A stretch of 64,000 nucleotides of DNA. It comes from Spirochaetia bacterium (GTDB taxonomy: Bacteria; Spirochaetota; Spirochaetia; DSM-2461). The stretch lies in the NCBI GenBank assembly GCA_963668315.1, contig OY764216.1, positions 1,600,001 through 1,664,000 on the forward strand, in the 5' to 3' direction. Positions 1 to 9,786 of the stretch are shown in pieces. Each line of letters begins with the position of its first letter. Position 1 is the stretch's first letter. The notes below the pieces were generated by a model. That model searched no databases, had not been told where the DNA came from, and saw nothing but the letters and a program-made list of their open reading frames with translations. The position numbers and the translations under genes are program-made.

Positions 1-605
1 GTACAGAGAAGGATATCGCACCAGCCGAGAACTTCATCCCTGGCATCTGTTCCCGATTCGACTTTTACTCCGTAAAGGACCGTTCCTATCTTGTCCTTAT
101 CCAGGTCCAGGACTCTCAGGGAATGAAGAGGGCTCAGTTTTTCCAGCATGCTGGGTTGGAATCCCACCAGGGCGATCTTCGCCTTTTCCCATTCCCCGTT
201 CAATTTCTCCGCCAGATCGCAGGCGCAGAACTCGGGCTGATTATCCTTACAGTGAACGGTGTTCCCCGAATGATGAATGTGAGACATAACCGCATTCAAG
301 GCGCTAATGAAAACAGCTCTGTGATAATGGGACCGGTCGGCGTTCTCCATTATGTTTTTCAGGCTGCCTTCAAAGGGACCGGGCTGGTCGGTAAAAGCCT
401 GCCCCCGTGACTCTCTGAACCGGGCTTCCATAAGTGATTCCTTCCCTGTCAGCAGGGGGAAATCCTTCCTGTCCGGATTTCCGATGGCTTCTTCATCGGT
501 AAGAGCTCTCCCCTTCACGGTAATCGTCTCGTCCCAGTACCCGTTTTCCTGAATCACGGCCTTGAAACGCGTTTTGAGTTCTTCGTAAAAATCATTCCTG
601 TTCAT
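1..605 (-). CDS. DUF364/Rossmann-like putative metal-chelation protein, runs off the left edge (absent from the ORF track)
   Basis: Manual translation from ATG 605: MNRNDFYEELKTRFKAV...EEAIGNPDRKDFPLLTGKESLMEARF...GQAFTD...HCKDNQPEFCA...KIALVGFQPSML. Overlaps the modB stop and is open to position 1. Confidence 0.7.
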   Translation of the reverse strand, partial: MNRNDFYEELKTRFKAVIQENGYWDETITVKGRALTDEEAIGNPDRKDFPLLTGKESLMEARFRESRGQAFTDQPGPFEGSLKNIMENADRSHYHRAVFISALNAVMSHIHHSGNTVHCKDNQPEFCACDLAEKLNGEWEKAKIALVGFQPSMLEKLSPLHSLRVLDLDKDKIGTVLYGVKVESGTDARDEVLGWCDILLC

Positions 606-1275
606 AATCACTTCTCCTTTGTATCAATGAAAAAAGAATAAGGGCAATTGCGGCTAAGAGAAGGGAGAGGAATCCCGCCTTCCGGTAGTCTCCTTCGAAT
701 ACGGCATTATAGATGGCCAGGGAGATCGTTTCGGTTTTCCCCGCGATGTTTCCCCCCAGCATAAGGGTTATTCCCACTTCTCCCAGAGACCGTCCCACGG
801 TTAATGTCAGGCCGGTGACAATACCCGTTTTTATCTGGGGGAGCACGATGAAACGGAGAATCTGAAATCGGCCGGCTCCCTGGAGAGAAGCCGCTTCCAG
901 CAGGGAACGGTTCAGTCCGGAGGCGGATGTCTGGACCGCTTTGAGCATCAGAGGAAAGCTGGCTATCAGAGCGGCCAGGAAGACCCCGGTGGTGCTGAAA
1001 ATCAGGCTGACATTGAAAATCCGTGAGAGCCCCCGCCCTATGATCCCACTCCTTCCGAAGAGGATGATCAGGAAAAATCCCAGTCCGATGGGAGGAAAAA
1101 CCAGAGGCAGGGTCGCCATAATATCAATGGCCCGGGTGGTTTTTTTTTGAGGATTCAGGGCCAGATGGACACCCGAGACCGTTCCCAGCAGCAGATTGGC
1201 CAGGCAGGACATAATCAGAATGCGTCCCGAAAAAAGGAGCACGCCGGCAAGGGCGGGGTCGGTTTTAAAGACCAT
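592..1275 (-). CDS. modB: Molybdate ABC transporter permease
   Basis: TLPLVFPPIGLGF, EAA loop (LLEAASLQGA) and GEVGITLMLGGNIAGKT. Start moved to ATG 1275, which overlaps the modA stop. Confidence 0.9.
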   Translation of the reverse strand: MVFKTDPALAGVLLFSGRILIMSCLANLLLGTVSGVHLALNPQKKTTRAIDIMATLPLVFPPIGLGFFLIILFGRSGIIGRGLSRIFNVSLIFSTTGVFLAALIASFPLMLKAVQTSASGLNRSLLEAASLQGAGRFQILRFIVLPQIKTGIVTGLTLTVGRSLGEVGITLMLGGNIAGKTETISLAIYNAVFEGDYRKAGFLSLLLAAIALILFSLIQRRSDYEQE

Positions 1276-2011
1276 AGCTCTCAAAGATGCCGTCCGCTTC
1301 GGCTGAGGCCAGAAAGGTCTTGAACCGGGCGATATCCTCATCGTCCTCAAAGCCTTCCACTATACCTGCCACAATGGAAATTTCCGAATAGCCCGTATCC
1401 AGTATGGTGTAACCGCCTATCCGATCGGCGATGGCGATGGCATCGGTCAGGTTGATAAAACCTGCGTCCACCTCTCCCGAGATCAGGTAGGAGGACACCT
1501 GGGGAACCGTCGATGCCATGAGGATTTTACTTTCCAGTTGTTCCCAGAGCCCCGCACCCTCAAGGTACTCTCTGGCAGCCGTACCGTAGATGGCTTTCTG
1601 GGTATCGGGAAGGGATAGACGCTGAACCGCTTCTCCCGTCAGGTCGTCCACACTGATCTCGTCCAATCCCTTGCGGTAGGCAAGTACGAGTCTGCCACGT
1701 CCCAGGGGAAGGTATTCGGTATAGCTGACGCCGAGCTGGGGGTTGGAAAGGAATTTTTTATCTCCCACGAGGAGTCCTACTTTCCCGCTCTCCCTGACCT
1801 GAAGAGAGACTGTCTGCATGTTGCCGAAGACGGAGTTGATCCGGACGGGATTCTTCTCCATGAAAGATTCGCATACTTCAAGAACCGGTTTCTTGTATCC
1901 CGCTCCCGAGGCGATGAAAATCTCTCCTTTTTCTGACTGTCCTTCTGCTGAAATAGTAAGTAACGTGACAAAAAGTGATAAAAATAATCCGCAAATAATC
2001 TGTTTAGTCAT
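1265..2011 (-). CDS. modA: Molybdate ABC transporter substrate-binding protein
   Basis: Signal peptide and motifs IASGAGYKKP, AIYGTAA, TVPQVSSYLISGEVDAGFINLTDA. AGGAGA RBS before ATG 2011. Confidence 0.88.
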   Translation of the reverse strand: MTKQIICGLFLSLFVTLLTISAEGQSEKGEIFIASGAGYKKPVLEVCESFMEKNPVRINSVFGNMQTVSLQVRESGKVGLLVGDKKFLSNPQLGVSYTEYLPLGRGRLVLAYRKGLDEISVDDLTGEAVQRLSLPDTQKAIYGTAAREYLEGAGLWEQLESKILMASTVPQVSSYLISGEVDAGFINLTDAIAIADRIGGYTILDTGYSEISIVAGIVEGFEDDEDIARFKTFLASAEADGIFESYGL

Positions 2012-2038
2012 TTTATGATCTCCTATGTCCATTGATAA

Positions 2039-2054
2039 TGCAAATTTTATGCCA
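2039..2054 (-). promoter_or_regulatory. Sigma54 (-24/-12) promoter of the modAB operon
   Basis: Minus strand TGGCATAAAATTTGCA, i.e. GG-N10-GC, 28 nt upstream of the modA ATG. Confidence 0.75.
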
Positions 2055-2184
2055 GTGCTAAAGGACTGTCTGCTCGGTTTATACTCTTTTCTTTTTTACA
2101 ATATTGTAGAAACCATGGGACTGTTTTCATTTAAGTGGCTTTTCCTCCCTGTACAGGGAAGGAGGAATTATTTATATTTTCCCC

Positions 2185-2844
2185 ATGATCCGAGTTGTTA
2201 ATCTGGGTATGGTGGATTACGAAGAAGCTCTTGCCGTTCAAAAGATGATCAGGGACGGCATCATCGACGGGAGGGAACCGGACACCCTTCTCCTGCTGGA
2301 GCACCCGCCGGTCATCACCCTGGGAAAACGGGGTATGGCGGAGAATATCACCCTGTCCCTGAAATCCCTGGAGGAAAGGGGCGTCTCCGTGATTGAAGTG
2401 GAGAGGGGAGGGAATGTCACCTATCACGGCCCCGGTCAGCTGGTAGGTTACCCCCTTTTGAATCTGGCGGAGAGAGAACCGGATCTCCATCTGTATGTGG
2501 ACAGGATTGAAGAGGTTTTTGTCCGGCTGCTCGAGGAAGAGTACGGTATCAGAGCCGACCGGGATAAGGGAAAATATACCGGCGTCTATGTGGGACGGGA
2601 TAAGCTCACCGCCATAGGAATCGCCGTGAAGAAATGGGTGACCTACCACGGGTTCGCCTGCAATGTGAATACTGACCTGACCCCCTTTTCATGGATGGTT
2701 CCCTGTGGTCTCTCCGACCGGGGGGTGACTTCCCTGGAGAAGCTGACAGGAAAGAAACAGAGTATGGACAGGATACGCAAGCTGGTCGTACGGCTGTTCG
2801 GTGAAGTATTCGGGGATGAGATGGTATGGATGAAAAACGTTTGA
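2185..2844 (+). CDS. lipB: Lipoyl(octanoyl) transferase
   Basis: LLLEHPPVITLG, RGGNVTYHGPGQLVGY, KLTAIG, TYHGFACNV, PCGL. Confidence 0.96.
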   Translation: MIRVVNLGMVDYEEALAVQKMIRDGIIDGREPDTLLLLEHPPVITLGKRGMAENITLSLKSLEERGVSVIEVERGGNVTYHGPGQLVGYPLLNLAEREPDLHLYVDRIEEVFVRLLEEEYGIRADRDKGKYTGVYVGRDKLTAIGIAVKKWVTYHGFACNVNTDLTPFSWMVPCGLSDRGVTSLEKLTGKKQSMDRIRKLVVRLFGEVFGDEMVWMKNV

Positions 2845-3704
2845 GAAAGCCGGACTGGCTCCGGGTGTGGATTCCGGCGGAGATTCGGGGCGAGGAGGAA
2901 AGGGTCGCCGAAACGGTATCCCGTTTTCATTTGAATACGGTTTGCAGTGAAGCTCTCTGTCCGAACCGGGGGGAGTGCTTTCAGAGGCAGACCGCCACCT
3001 TCATGATACTGGGAGCCGTCTGTTCGCGGAACTGCGCTTTCTGCAATGTCCATCCGGGAAAGCCCGGCCCGCTGGATCGGGACGAGCCGGAGAATGTCGC
3101 GCGGGCGGCGAAGGAGCTGAACCTCCGCCATGTGGTGGTGACGTCCGTAACCCGGGACGATCTGAGCGACGGCGGATCGGAGCATTTCGCCCTGACCGTC
3201 AGGGCTATTCGATCAAGCCTCCCCGAAGCGACTATCGAGGTTCTCATTCCCGACTTCCTGGGGAATTCCGAGTCTCTGGACCGGGTCATCGCCTCCGAAC
3301 CGGACATCATTAATCACAATGTGGAAACGGTCCCCCGTCTCTACGGCGAGGTCCGTCCCCAGGCCGATTACCGGCAGTCCCTGGAACTGCTGAGAAGGGT
3401 GAAGGAGAGGGCGCCCCGAATCCTGACCAAGTCAGGGATGATGCTGGGACTGGGCGAGGAGAGGGAAGAGGTGCTGGGTGTTCTGAAGGATCTGCGGGTC
3501 AACCGATGCGATATGCTTACCCTGGGGCAGTATCTGGCCCCCTCGGCCAGGCATTATCCCGTAAAGGAGTATATCACTCCCGACAATTTTGATGAGTACG
3601 GCCGGCTGGCCCGGGAAATGGGTTTTTCCTATGTGGCATCGGCCCCTCTGGTCCGATCTTCCTACCTGGCCGAAGAAGCTCTGGCCGGGCGCATCAGGGA
3701 ATAA
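2826..3704 (+). CDS. lipA: Lipoyl synthase (radical SAM)
   Basis: CX4CX5C (CSEALCPNRGEC), CX3CX2C (CSRNCAFC) and C-terminal RSSY. Confidence 0.97.
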   Translation: MDEKRLRKPDWLRVWIPAEIRGEEERVAETVSRFHLNTVCSEALCPNRGECFQRQTATFMILGAVCSRNCAFCNVHPGKPGPLDRDEPENVARAAKELNLRHVVVTSVTRDDLSDGGSEHFALTVRAIRSSLPEATIEVLIPDFLGNSESLDRVIASEPDIINHNVETVPRLYGEVRPQADYRQSLELLRRVKERAPRILTKSGMMLGLGEEREEVLGVLKDLRVNRCDMLTLGQYLAPSARHYPVKEYITPDNFDEYGRLAREMGFSYVASAPLVRSSYLAEEALAGRIRE

Positions 3705-4902
3705 GCTCCCTTATCCAGGAGAACTCCTTCATTTTCTTTTTCCGGGAGGAACGGATTTTTTCCGCCCCCAGGAAAAGGGCGAAATTTTTCAGACATTCGG
3801 CCATGTCCTCTTTAAGGTCCGGTGTCAGAGAACAATCCGGTTCCCACCACCAGTCTTCCAGTCTGAGAGTTTTTTCCTCCCTGTTGTAAACCGGCTCACA
3901 GCGGGCGACAAACCGGTCCTTCCAGATAACGGGCAGAACGTAATAGGCGTATTTTCTCTCCCGTAACGGCGTGTACACTTCCCATTTATAGTCGAAATCA
4001 AAGAGTTCGGCAATGAAGTTCCTGTCCCAGATCAGATTATCCAGGGGGGCGATGAATTCCATTCTGCCATCGGACGGCTTCGGCGTATTCCGTTTTTCCC
4101 ATGCTTCCCGGGGAGAGTACAGGGGGCGGGATATCCCCTTGACGGTGATCTCCTCTATCTCTCCCCTTTCCAGCGACCTCTTTATGGCATCCGCTCTTTC
4201 TGTGCTGTTCATGGGGGTGCCCAGCCAGGGGCCGTCCCCTCCTTTATTCCAGATGAGCCCCTGGGAGGCCGCCCTCCGCCGGACATACCAGCGGAAATGG
4301 TCCCGGTCATCGGGAAAAGGGTCCGAAGCCTCCCTGATTTCATCGGGAATCCATCGTTCGGTTAATCCGTAGAATTTACGCGTTCCTTCCTTATGATGTA
4401 CGATCAGCTCTCCCGTATGGTACATGCTTTCGAGTACGGCCCGGACGATGGACGTCGGAGCCCAGGACCAGTCCGTCATTCCAGAAGAAGGCAGGTCGTT
4501 TGAGCAGATAGAGTCCCTGCCACCGAGGTAGGAGAGAATCTTATTCCGGGTATCCTCGAACTCCCGGGACCTTTCCCTGTAACGGCTTGTGAAACTCTGC
4601 CTCATACGGGCGAAAAGGGGCCAGTCCTCCACCGGCCAGAGAGACATCATCTTGTCCCAGCCGTCGATCAGATTACGCTCATTATAAAGGAGATCGTACA
4701 AGAGCGGTTCCGAGTAGCCGAAAAAGCGGCTCTGCAGAACCAGATCCGCATTCCGTCCCGTCCGGTTCAGCGGGTCGTATTGTATACAGCCTACCTTGCG
4801 GATATGTTCGAGAATAATTCTGCCTTCAGCCGTGGGTTTGGTACCGGACAACCCCTGGTAATTTAGGATATAGCCCCGGGCTTCCTCTTTGTCTATTGTC
4901 AT
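3694..4902 (-). CDS. YcaQ/AlkZ-like (HTH_42) crosslink-repair DNA glycosylase
   Basis: IQYDPL (QxD motif), APLDNLIWDR..ELFDFDYKWEVYTP..RKYAYYVLP. Start ATG 4902 is coupled (ATGA) to the upstream kinase stop. Confidence 0.85.
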   Translation of the reverse strand: MTIDKEEARGYILNYQGLSGTKPTAEGRIILEHIRKVGCIQYDPLNRTGRNADLVLQSRFFGYSEPLLYDLLYNERNLIDGWDKMMSLWPVEDWPLFARMRQSFTSRYRERSREFEDTRNKILSYLGGRDSICSNDLPSSGMTDWSWAPTSIVRAVLESMYHTGELIVHHKEGTRKFYGLTERWIPDEIREASDPFPDDRDHFRWYVRRRAASQGLIWNKGGDGPWLGTPMNSTERADAIKRSLERGEIEEITVKGISRPLYSPREAWEKRNTPKPSDGRMEFIAPLDNLIWDRNFIAELFDFDYKWEVYTPLRERKYAYYVLPVIWKDRFVARCEPVYNREEKTLRLEDWWWEPDCSLTPDLKEDMAECLKNFALFLGAEKIRSSRKKKMKEFSWIRELIP

Positions 4903-7900
4903 TCCCCGCTCAGTACTTCCTCCATAACCCGGCTCAGCTGGGCAATGGTGTAGGGTTTGCGGCAGAAACCGGACAGCCCTGCCTGCTTCAGTATATTCAG
5001 GTCCTCTTCGGAAGTAAAGCCGGAAGTGAGGAGGACTTTCACCGAAGGATCGATTTTTTTCATGGCAAAGAAACACTCCCTCCCGTTCATTCCGGGCATG
5101 ATCATATCCAGTATGACCAGATCGATCATTTTATGATTCTTTCTGAAATATTCCACGCCCTTTTCTCCGTTTTCCATAGTCTGGGCATCATAGCCAAGAT
5201 CGATAACGATCTCCCGGGCTGTAATTCTCATAGCCATATCATCATCCACAATCAGCACAAGTTTCTTTTCTTCAGCTTTCCGCACCACATCGGGATCTTT
5301 CGAGGCCGGTTCCGATTCTTCGATAAGGGGAAGGAGTATGATAAATTCCGCTCCTTCTCCCTCAGGGCTTTTCACTTCTATGGAACCCCCGTGTTTCTCC
5401 ACCGTACGGTATACGGCCGAGAGTCCCAGCCCCGTTCCTTTACCCTCTTCCTTTGTCGTGAAAAAAGGTTCGAATATATGGTCAATTATGTCATCGGGAA
5501 TGCCCGAACCGGTATCGCGGAATGATATCTTCAAATAGTTTCCCGGCTTCAGGTTAAAAAGGCTTTCCCCGCAGGCCTTTTCGTCCAGATGGATCTTCTC
5601 TGTCCTGATGAAAATGGTTCCCCCCTCGGGCATGGCATGGGAGGCGTTGATTCCCAGGTTCATCAGGGCGTTCTGGAGAAGGGAAGGATCTCCCACGGCT
5701 GGGCAGGCCAATCCCGTCAGATCTGGCTTCAAGGCGATTCGTTTATCAATAGTCCGCTCCAGAAGTTTGATCGTCTCTCCGATCTCTTCCTCCACATCAA
5801 AGCTGGTGGACGCCTTCTCTCTTTTCCGGGAGAAGACCAGCAGCTCCTTTGTCAGGTCCGCCGCTTTCCGGGCCGTGCTTATGATCAGATCCAGATACTC
5901 GCTAGCCGCCTTTTTATCGGAAAGGAAGGGCTTGAGGAGCTGGGACGCGCCGATGATTCCCCCCAGCATGTTATTAAAATCATGGGTGATTCCTCCGGCC
6001 AGCTGTCCCAGGGTATCCATTTTGTCCATATGGCTCAACTGCTTTCTCAGCTGGTTCTCCTCGGACATATCCCTGAATACGATCACGGCGCCTCCCGTCT
6101 TTTCTGCTTCGTATCTTATGGGCGAACAGTTTATGCTCAGGGGCCGTTCGTCGCTCTTTCTGCCTGTGGTGAACAGATTGGTGGAAATAAAGGCAGCCTC
6201 TTCTCCCGCGAGGACAGGTCCGACCGGGTCGATCTCCGTTTTATCCGGAAGAAAGGAGAACAGGGGAAGAACTTCGGCCAGGGACCGGCCACCCGCTTCC
6301 TCCGTCGTCCACCCCGTCAGTTTTTCCGCCACGGGATTCATACGGACTATATTCCCCATCTCATCGGTGGAGATCACGCCGTCGCCTATGGAATTCAAGG
6401 TGATTTCCAGATACTCTTCCCGGTTCCTCAGTTCATTCTCTGCCCTTTTCATAGCCGTAATGTCCACGGCTACTCCCAGGACGGCCGGTTCGTTGAACAG
6501 ATCGTGGGGACAGGGAATCTTTGTTATCTGAAGCCAGAAAGCTTCCCCCTCGGAAGAGGTATACATACGCTGAACATCATGGAGGCTGCGGCCCGTATCC
6601 AGAACATAGAGGTCGTCCTCCCGGAATTCCCGATTCTCCTTCCCGTTTACCTTTCTGCTCATCCATTCGTTCGTCATCAGGTATTCCCCGGCCCTGTTCT
6701 TGACAAAGATATAGTGGGGGATCGCATCGATAATCGTTCTGAGTTTCTTCTCTGCCCTCTCTACCTTCAATTGGCCGGTTTTTCTTTCGGTGATATCCTC
6801 TTCCGTCCCCAGAATCCCGATGACCCTGCCGTCCGCATCCTTTACGGGAATACGGCTCTCCAGCTGCCAGTGATTTTCTCCGTTCCGGTCCATCCGGGCC
6901 TCTTCCCGGTTTATCTGCGGGAGTTCCGTCCTCAGTATCTCCCGGTTCTTCCCGTCTTCCTCCTCCCTCTGTTCATCCCCGGGAAAGATCTCTCCTTCCC
7001 GTTTTCCCATAAGTTCCCCTTCGTCCTTTCCGGTGCAGGCTGAATAAGCCCTGTTGCAGCCGAGATAACGCATTTCCCTGTCCTTCCAGTAGATCTTGAC
7101 GGGGATATGGTTGATGATCTGCTTAAGCAGTATCCCCTGGGAAAGCAGCTGATTTTGAATCCGTTTTCTGGCCCGGCTGAGGAGAATGAGAACCACGATC
7201 AGTGACATCTGTAGAGTAATGACCGACAGGGAGATCCAGATGATTCGGGCGTTTCGGGAATAAAACGTGGAAGGCCGGTAGAAGACCTCCCCCCCTTCGG
7301 GAAGAGCGGAGAGGGGAATGGAGAACCTTTTCAGCTCCCGGTAATCGAATTTAAGCTGATGCTCCGTTTCGAAGACAGGGGGAATGGCCCGGACCGGTAT
7401 CCCGTCCAGAATCTGCCGGGCCATTTCGCCCGCACCGAAACCCTGGCTGTAGCCGTTAACCAGATAGCCGCCAATGATGCCGCTGCCGAAGGTGAAATTC
7501 CATGCTCCGTACAGGGGCGCCCGGGAGAAGCGGCGGATCAGCTCGGCTGCCTCGGCGCTGTCGTAGGTTTCGCCGTCTTTGTCGATGAAGAAGAAGGTCA
7601 TAAGCACGGCTGTTTTCCCGGGTAGATCTCTGACAAGATTTATCAGCTCTTCCTTGTTTATCCGGTAAACCAGATCAATTTCCGGACCGGAAGGGAAGGC
7701 TTGCTCCTTCAGGCCCTGAACATACTCCTGGACCTGTCTGCCCGTTGTCGTGTCATCGGTAATGATGATTATCCTCTCCGTATCCTCCTGGAGAGAGAGG
7801 ATCAGATCCAGATTTTTTTTAAGATCCGCCTCCTCATTGATGCCGGTTGTCAGGGAGGGATCGGCTATATCTCCCTCATTAAGGTAGTTGTAACCGCAGA

Positions 7901-8261
7901 AGACATGGGGGATCATCCCGAATATCTCCCGGCCCCTGTCCCGGAAAAAATTGAAGGCGTTGTTATCGGCAGTTATCACCAGGTCGAATTCGATGTCTTC
8001 GTATTTCGCTTTGTAAAGAGAGGCAAGAAGGTCGATATAGGAGTTATCGTAATCCCTTTTGGTGTCCATATATTCCACGTAGAGATCGGCATTCAGGTCG
8101 GAGAAGGCCTCTTCCACCCCCCTGGTTATTTCATCGCTCCAGAGATACCCCTTATGGTAGGAGTTCAGAAGAAGCACCCGGCTGCTTTTTCCGTCCCCGT
8201 GGGCAAGTGACGCGGCCAGTATGAAGAGAAGGAGTAGAAAGGGAATCTTTCCTCGTACCAT
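4899..8261 (-). CDS. Membrane hybrid sensor histidine kinase (ABC-binding-like periplasmic sensor, 3 PAS, HisKA, HATPase, REC)
   Basis: Signal peptide, LLLNSYHKGYLWSD, TM helix, PAS repeats, HDFNNML H-box, GKGTGLGL, LVILDMIMP. Confidence 0.92.
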   Translation of the reverse strand: MVRGKIPFLLLLFILAASLAHGDGKSSRVLLLNSYHKGYLWSDEITRGVEEAFSDLNADLYVEYMDTKRDYDNSYIDLLASLYKAKYEDIEFDLVITADNNAFNFFRDRGREIFGMIPHVFCGYNYLNEGDIADPSLTTGINEEADLKKNLDLILSLQEDTERIIIITDDTTTGRQVQEYVQGLKEQAFPSGPEIDLVYRINKEELINLVRDLPGKTAVLMTFFFIDKDGETYDSAEAAELIRRFSRAPLYGAWNFTFGSGIIGGYLVNGYSQGFGAGEMARQILDGIPVRAIPPVFETEHQLKFDYRELKRFSIPLSALPEGGEVFYRPSTFYSRNARIIWISLSVITLQMSLIVVLILLSRARKRIQNQLLSQGILLKQIINHIPVKIYWKDREMRYLGCNRAYSACTGKDEGELMGKREGEIFPGDEQREEEDGKNREILRTELPQINREEARMDRNGENHWQLESRIPVKDADGRVIGILGTEEDITERKTGQLKVERAEKKLRTIIDAIPHYIFVKNRAGEYLMTNEWMSRKVNGKENREFREDDLYVLDTGRSLHDVQRMYTSSEGEAFWLQITKIPCPHDLFNEPAVLGVAVDITAMKRAENELRNREEYLEITLNSIGDGVISTDEMGNIVRMNPVAEKLTGWTTEEAGGRSLAEVLPLFSFLPDKTEIDPVGPVLAGEEAAFISTNLFTTGRKSDERPLSINCSPIRYEAEKTGGAVIVFRDMSEENQLRKQLSHMDKMDTLGQLAGGITHDFNNMLGGIIGASQLLKPFLSDKKAASEYLDLIISTARKAADLTKELLVFSRKREKASTSFDVEEEIGETIKLLERTIDKRIALKPDLTGLACPAVGDPSLLQNALMNLGINASHAMPEGGTIFIRTEKIHLDEKACGESLFNLKPGNYLKISFRDTGSGIPDDIIDHIFEPFFTTKEEGKGTGLGLSAVYRTVEKHGGSIEVKSPEGEGAEFIILLPLIEESEPASKDPDVVRKAEEKKLVLIVDDDMAMRITAREIVIDLGYDAQTMENGEKGVEYFRKNHKMIDLVILDMIMPGMNGRECFFAMKKIDPSVKVLLTSGFTSEEDLNILKQAGLSGFCRKPYTIAQLSRVMEEVLSGE

Positions 8262-8392
8262 AACTCAATTATGGGGTATCCCCGGTACCGTTTCAAGGAT
8301 ATCATTGAGGCTGATTTTCTAAAAAGACGGGGGAAAATGGAAAATTAGTCATTCTTCCGGTAGAATATACAATAAATGCAGCAAGGACTCTT

Positions 8393-9778
8393 ATGGACTA
8401 TAAACGAGTAATAGACAAATTCCGCGAATTAGGACTCTTTATACAGGACCTTGAGGGAAAAAAGGCCTATCCCAGCAATATGTGGATAGATTGGGGCTAT
8501 ACCCCGGAAGATATGCATGAGTATGGCTTCCTCCACTTTGTTCATCCCGAGGACAGGGAGAAGGTCCGGAACGCGGTGGACGGCTTCCATCAGAACAAGG
8601 ACCATTTCTCCCGTATCGTTTTCCGCATCAGAGACAAGCGGGGAGAGTGGCACTGGATCCTCTCCTCCAGTCTCGCCGTGGAGAGGGATGAGAACGGCAG
8701 AGTTCTTCAGTATGTGGGATTCGATCATGACATCACAGAGGAGATGGAGGCCAAGGCCCGGGCCGAGAAAGCTTTGAAGGAGGCCGAAACTCTTATCTCG
8801 GCCAACGAGGCGATAAATGCGCGGCTGGATCTTCCCCATACCATTTCGGCCATTCTTGAACAGGCCGTGAGGGTTCTCTCCTTCGACAGCTCGTCGGTTC
8901 AGTTACTGACCACAGGAGAGGACGGTTCGGAGGAGATGAAGATCGTCGGCGGCATCGGTTTTCCCGAAAATGTGGATATTATCGGAAAATCCTTTCCCCT
9001 CGCCAGCCGGACGCCTAATGGGAAGATTGTGAAAAATCAGAAACCCCTGACTCTCTGTTCAAAGGATCTGACCGACTATGCCGATTTTTTCCATAACGTC
9101 TTTACCGATATTCATTGCTGGATGGGGGTACCCCTTATCAGTAAAGAGAGGGTGCTGGGGATGATCTCCTTTGACCGTCTTGAAGAGAAGCCCTATTCCG
9201 ATGACGATCTGCGCCTGGCCCAGGCGTTTGCCGGGCAGGTGGCTATCGCTCTGGGCAATTCCCAGCTTTACGAAGAGACCAAGAAGCTGGCCATCACCGA
9301 CCCCCTTACGGGATGCTATACAAGACGCTGGATGTACTGCGAGCTGAAGCAGGAGTGCGAGAGTTCGGCAAGGCATAAGCAGGACCTTTCTCTTCTCCTT
9401 TTTGATATCGATGATTTCAAATTCGTGAATGATACCTATGGCCATCTGGTCGGGGATAAAGTTCTGGTCCGGGTCGTATCACTGGTGAAGAGGGTTCTGA
9501 GAACCTATGACCAGTTCTGCCGGATAGGGGGTGAGGAGTTCCTCATCATTCTGCCCCAGACGTCGGTGGACGATGCCGCAGAGGTGGCGGAACGCATAAG
9601 AGAGCTGGTTGCCCGGGAGTCGGCGGGGGATATTCTGGCAAATCCCGTCACCATCAGTCTGGGCTGTGCCCAGCTCAGAGCATCCGACAAGAACGGGATC
9701 GAAGATCTGATAGGCCGAACCGACCGGGCGATGTACCGGGCCAAAAGAGCGGGAAAAAACCGCGTATCCAAACTGTAG
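8393..9778 (+). CDS. PAS-GAF diguanylate cyclase
   Basis: VHPEDRE PAS, GAF, DIDDFKFVNDTYGH, I-site RTYD and GGEEF. Confidence 0.93.
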   Translation: MDYKRVIDKFRELGLFIQDLEGKKAYPSNMWIDWGYTPEDMHEYGFLHFVHPEDREKVRNAVDGFHQNKDHFSRIVFRIRDKRGEWHWILSSSLAVERDENGRVLQYVGFDHDITEEMEAKARAEKALKEAETLISANEAINARLDLPHTISAILEQAVRVLSFDSSSVQLLTTGEDGSEEMKIVGGIGFPENVDIIGKSFPLASRTPNGKIVKNQKPLTLCSKDLTDYADFFHNVFTDIHCWMGVPLISKERVLGMISFDRLEEKPYSDDDLRLAQAFAGQVAIALGNSQLYEETKKLAITDPLTGCYTRRWMYCELKQECESSARHKQDLSLLLFDIDDFKFVNDTYGHLVGDKVLVRVVSLVKRVLRTYDQFCRIGGEEFLIILPQTSVDDAAEVAERIRELVARESAGDILANPVTISLGCAQLRASDKNGIEDLIGRTDRAMYRAKRAGKNRVSKL

Positions 9779-9786
9779 GAGTTAAA

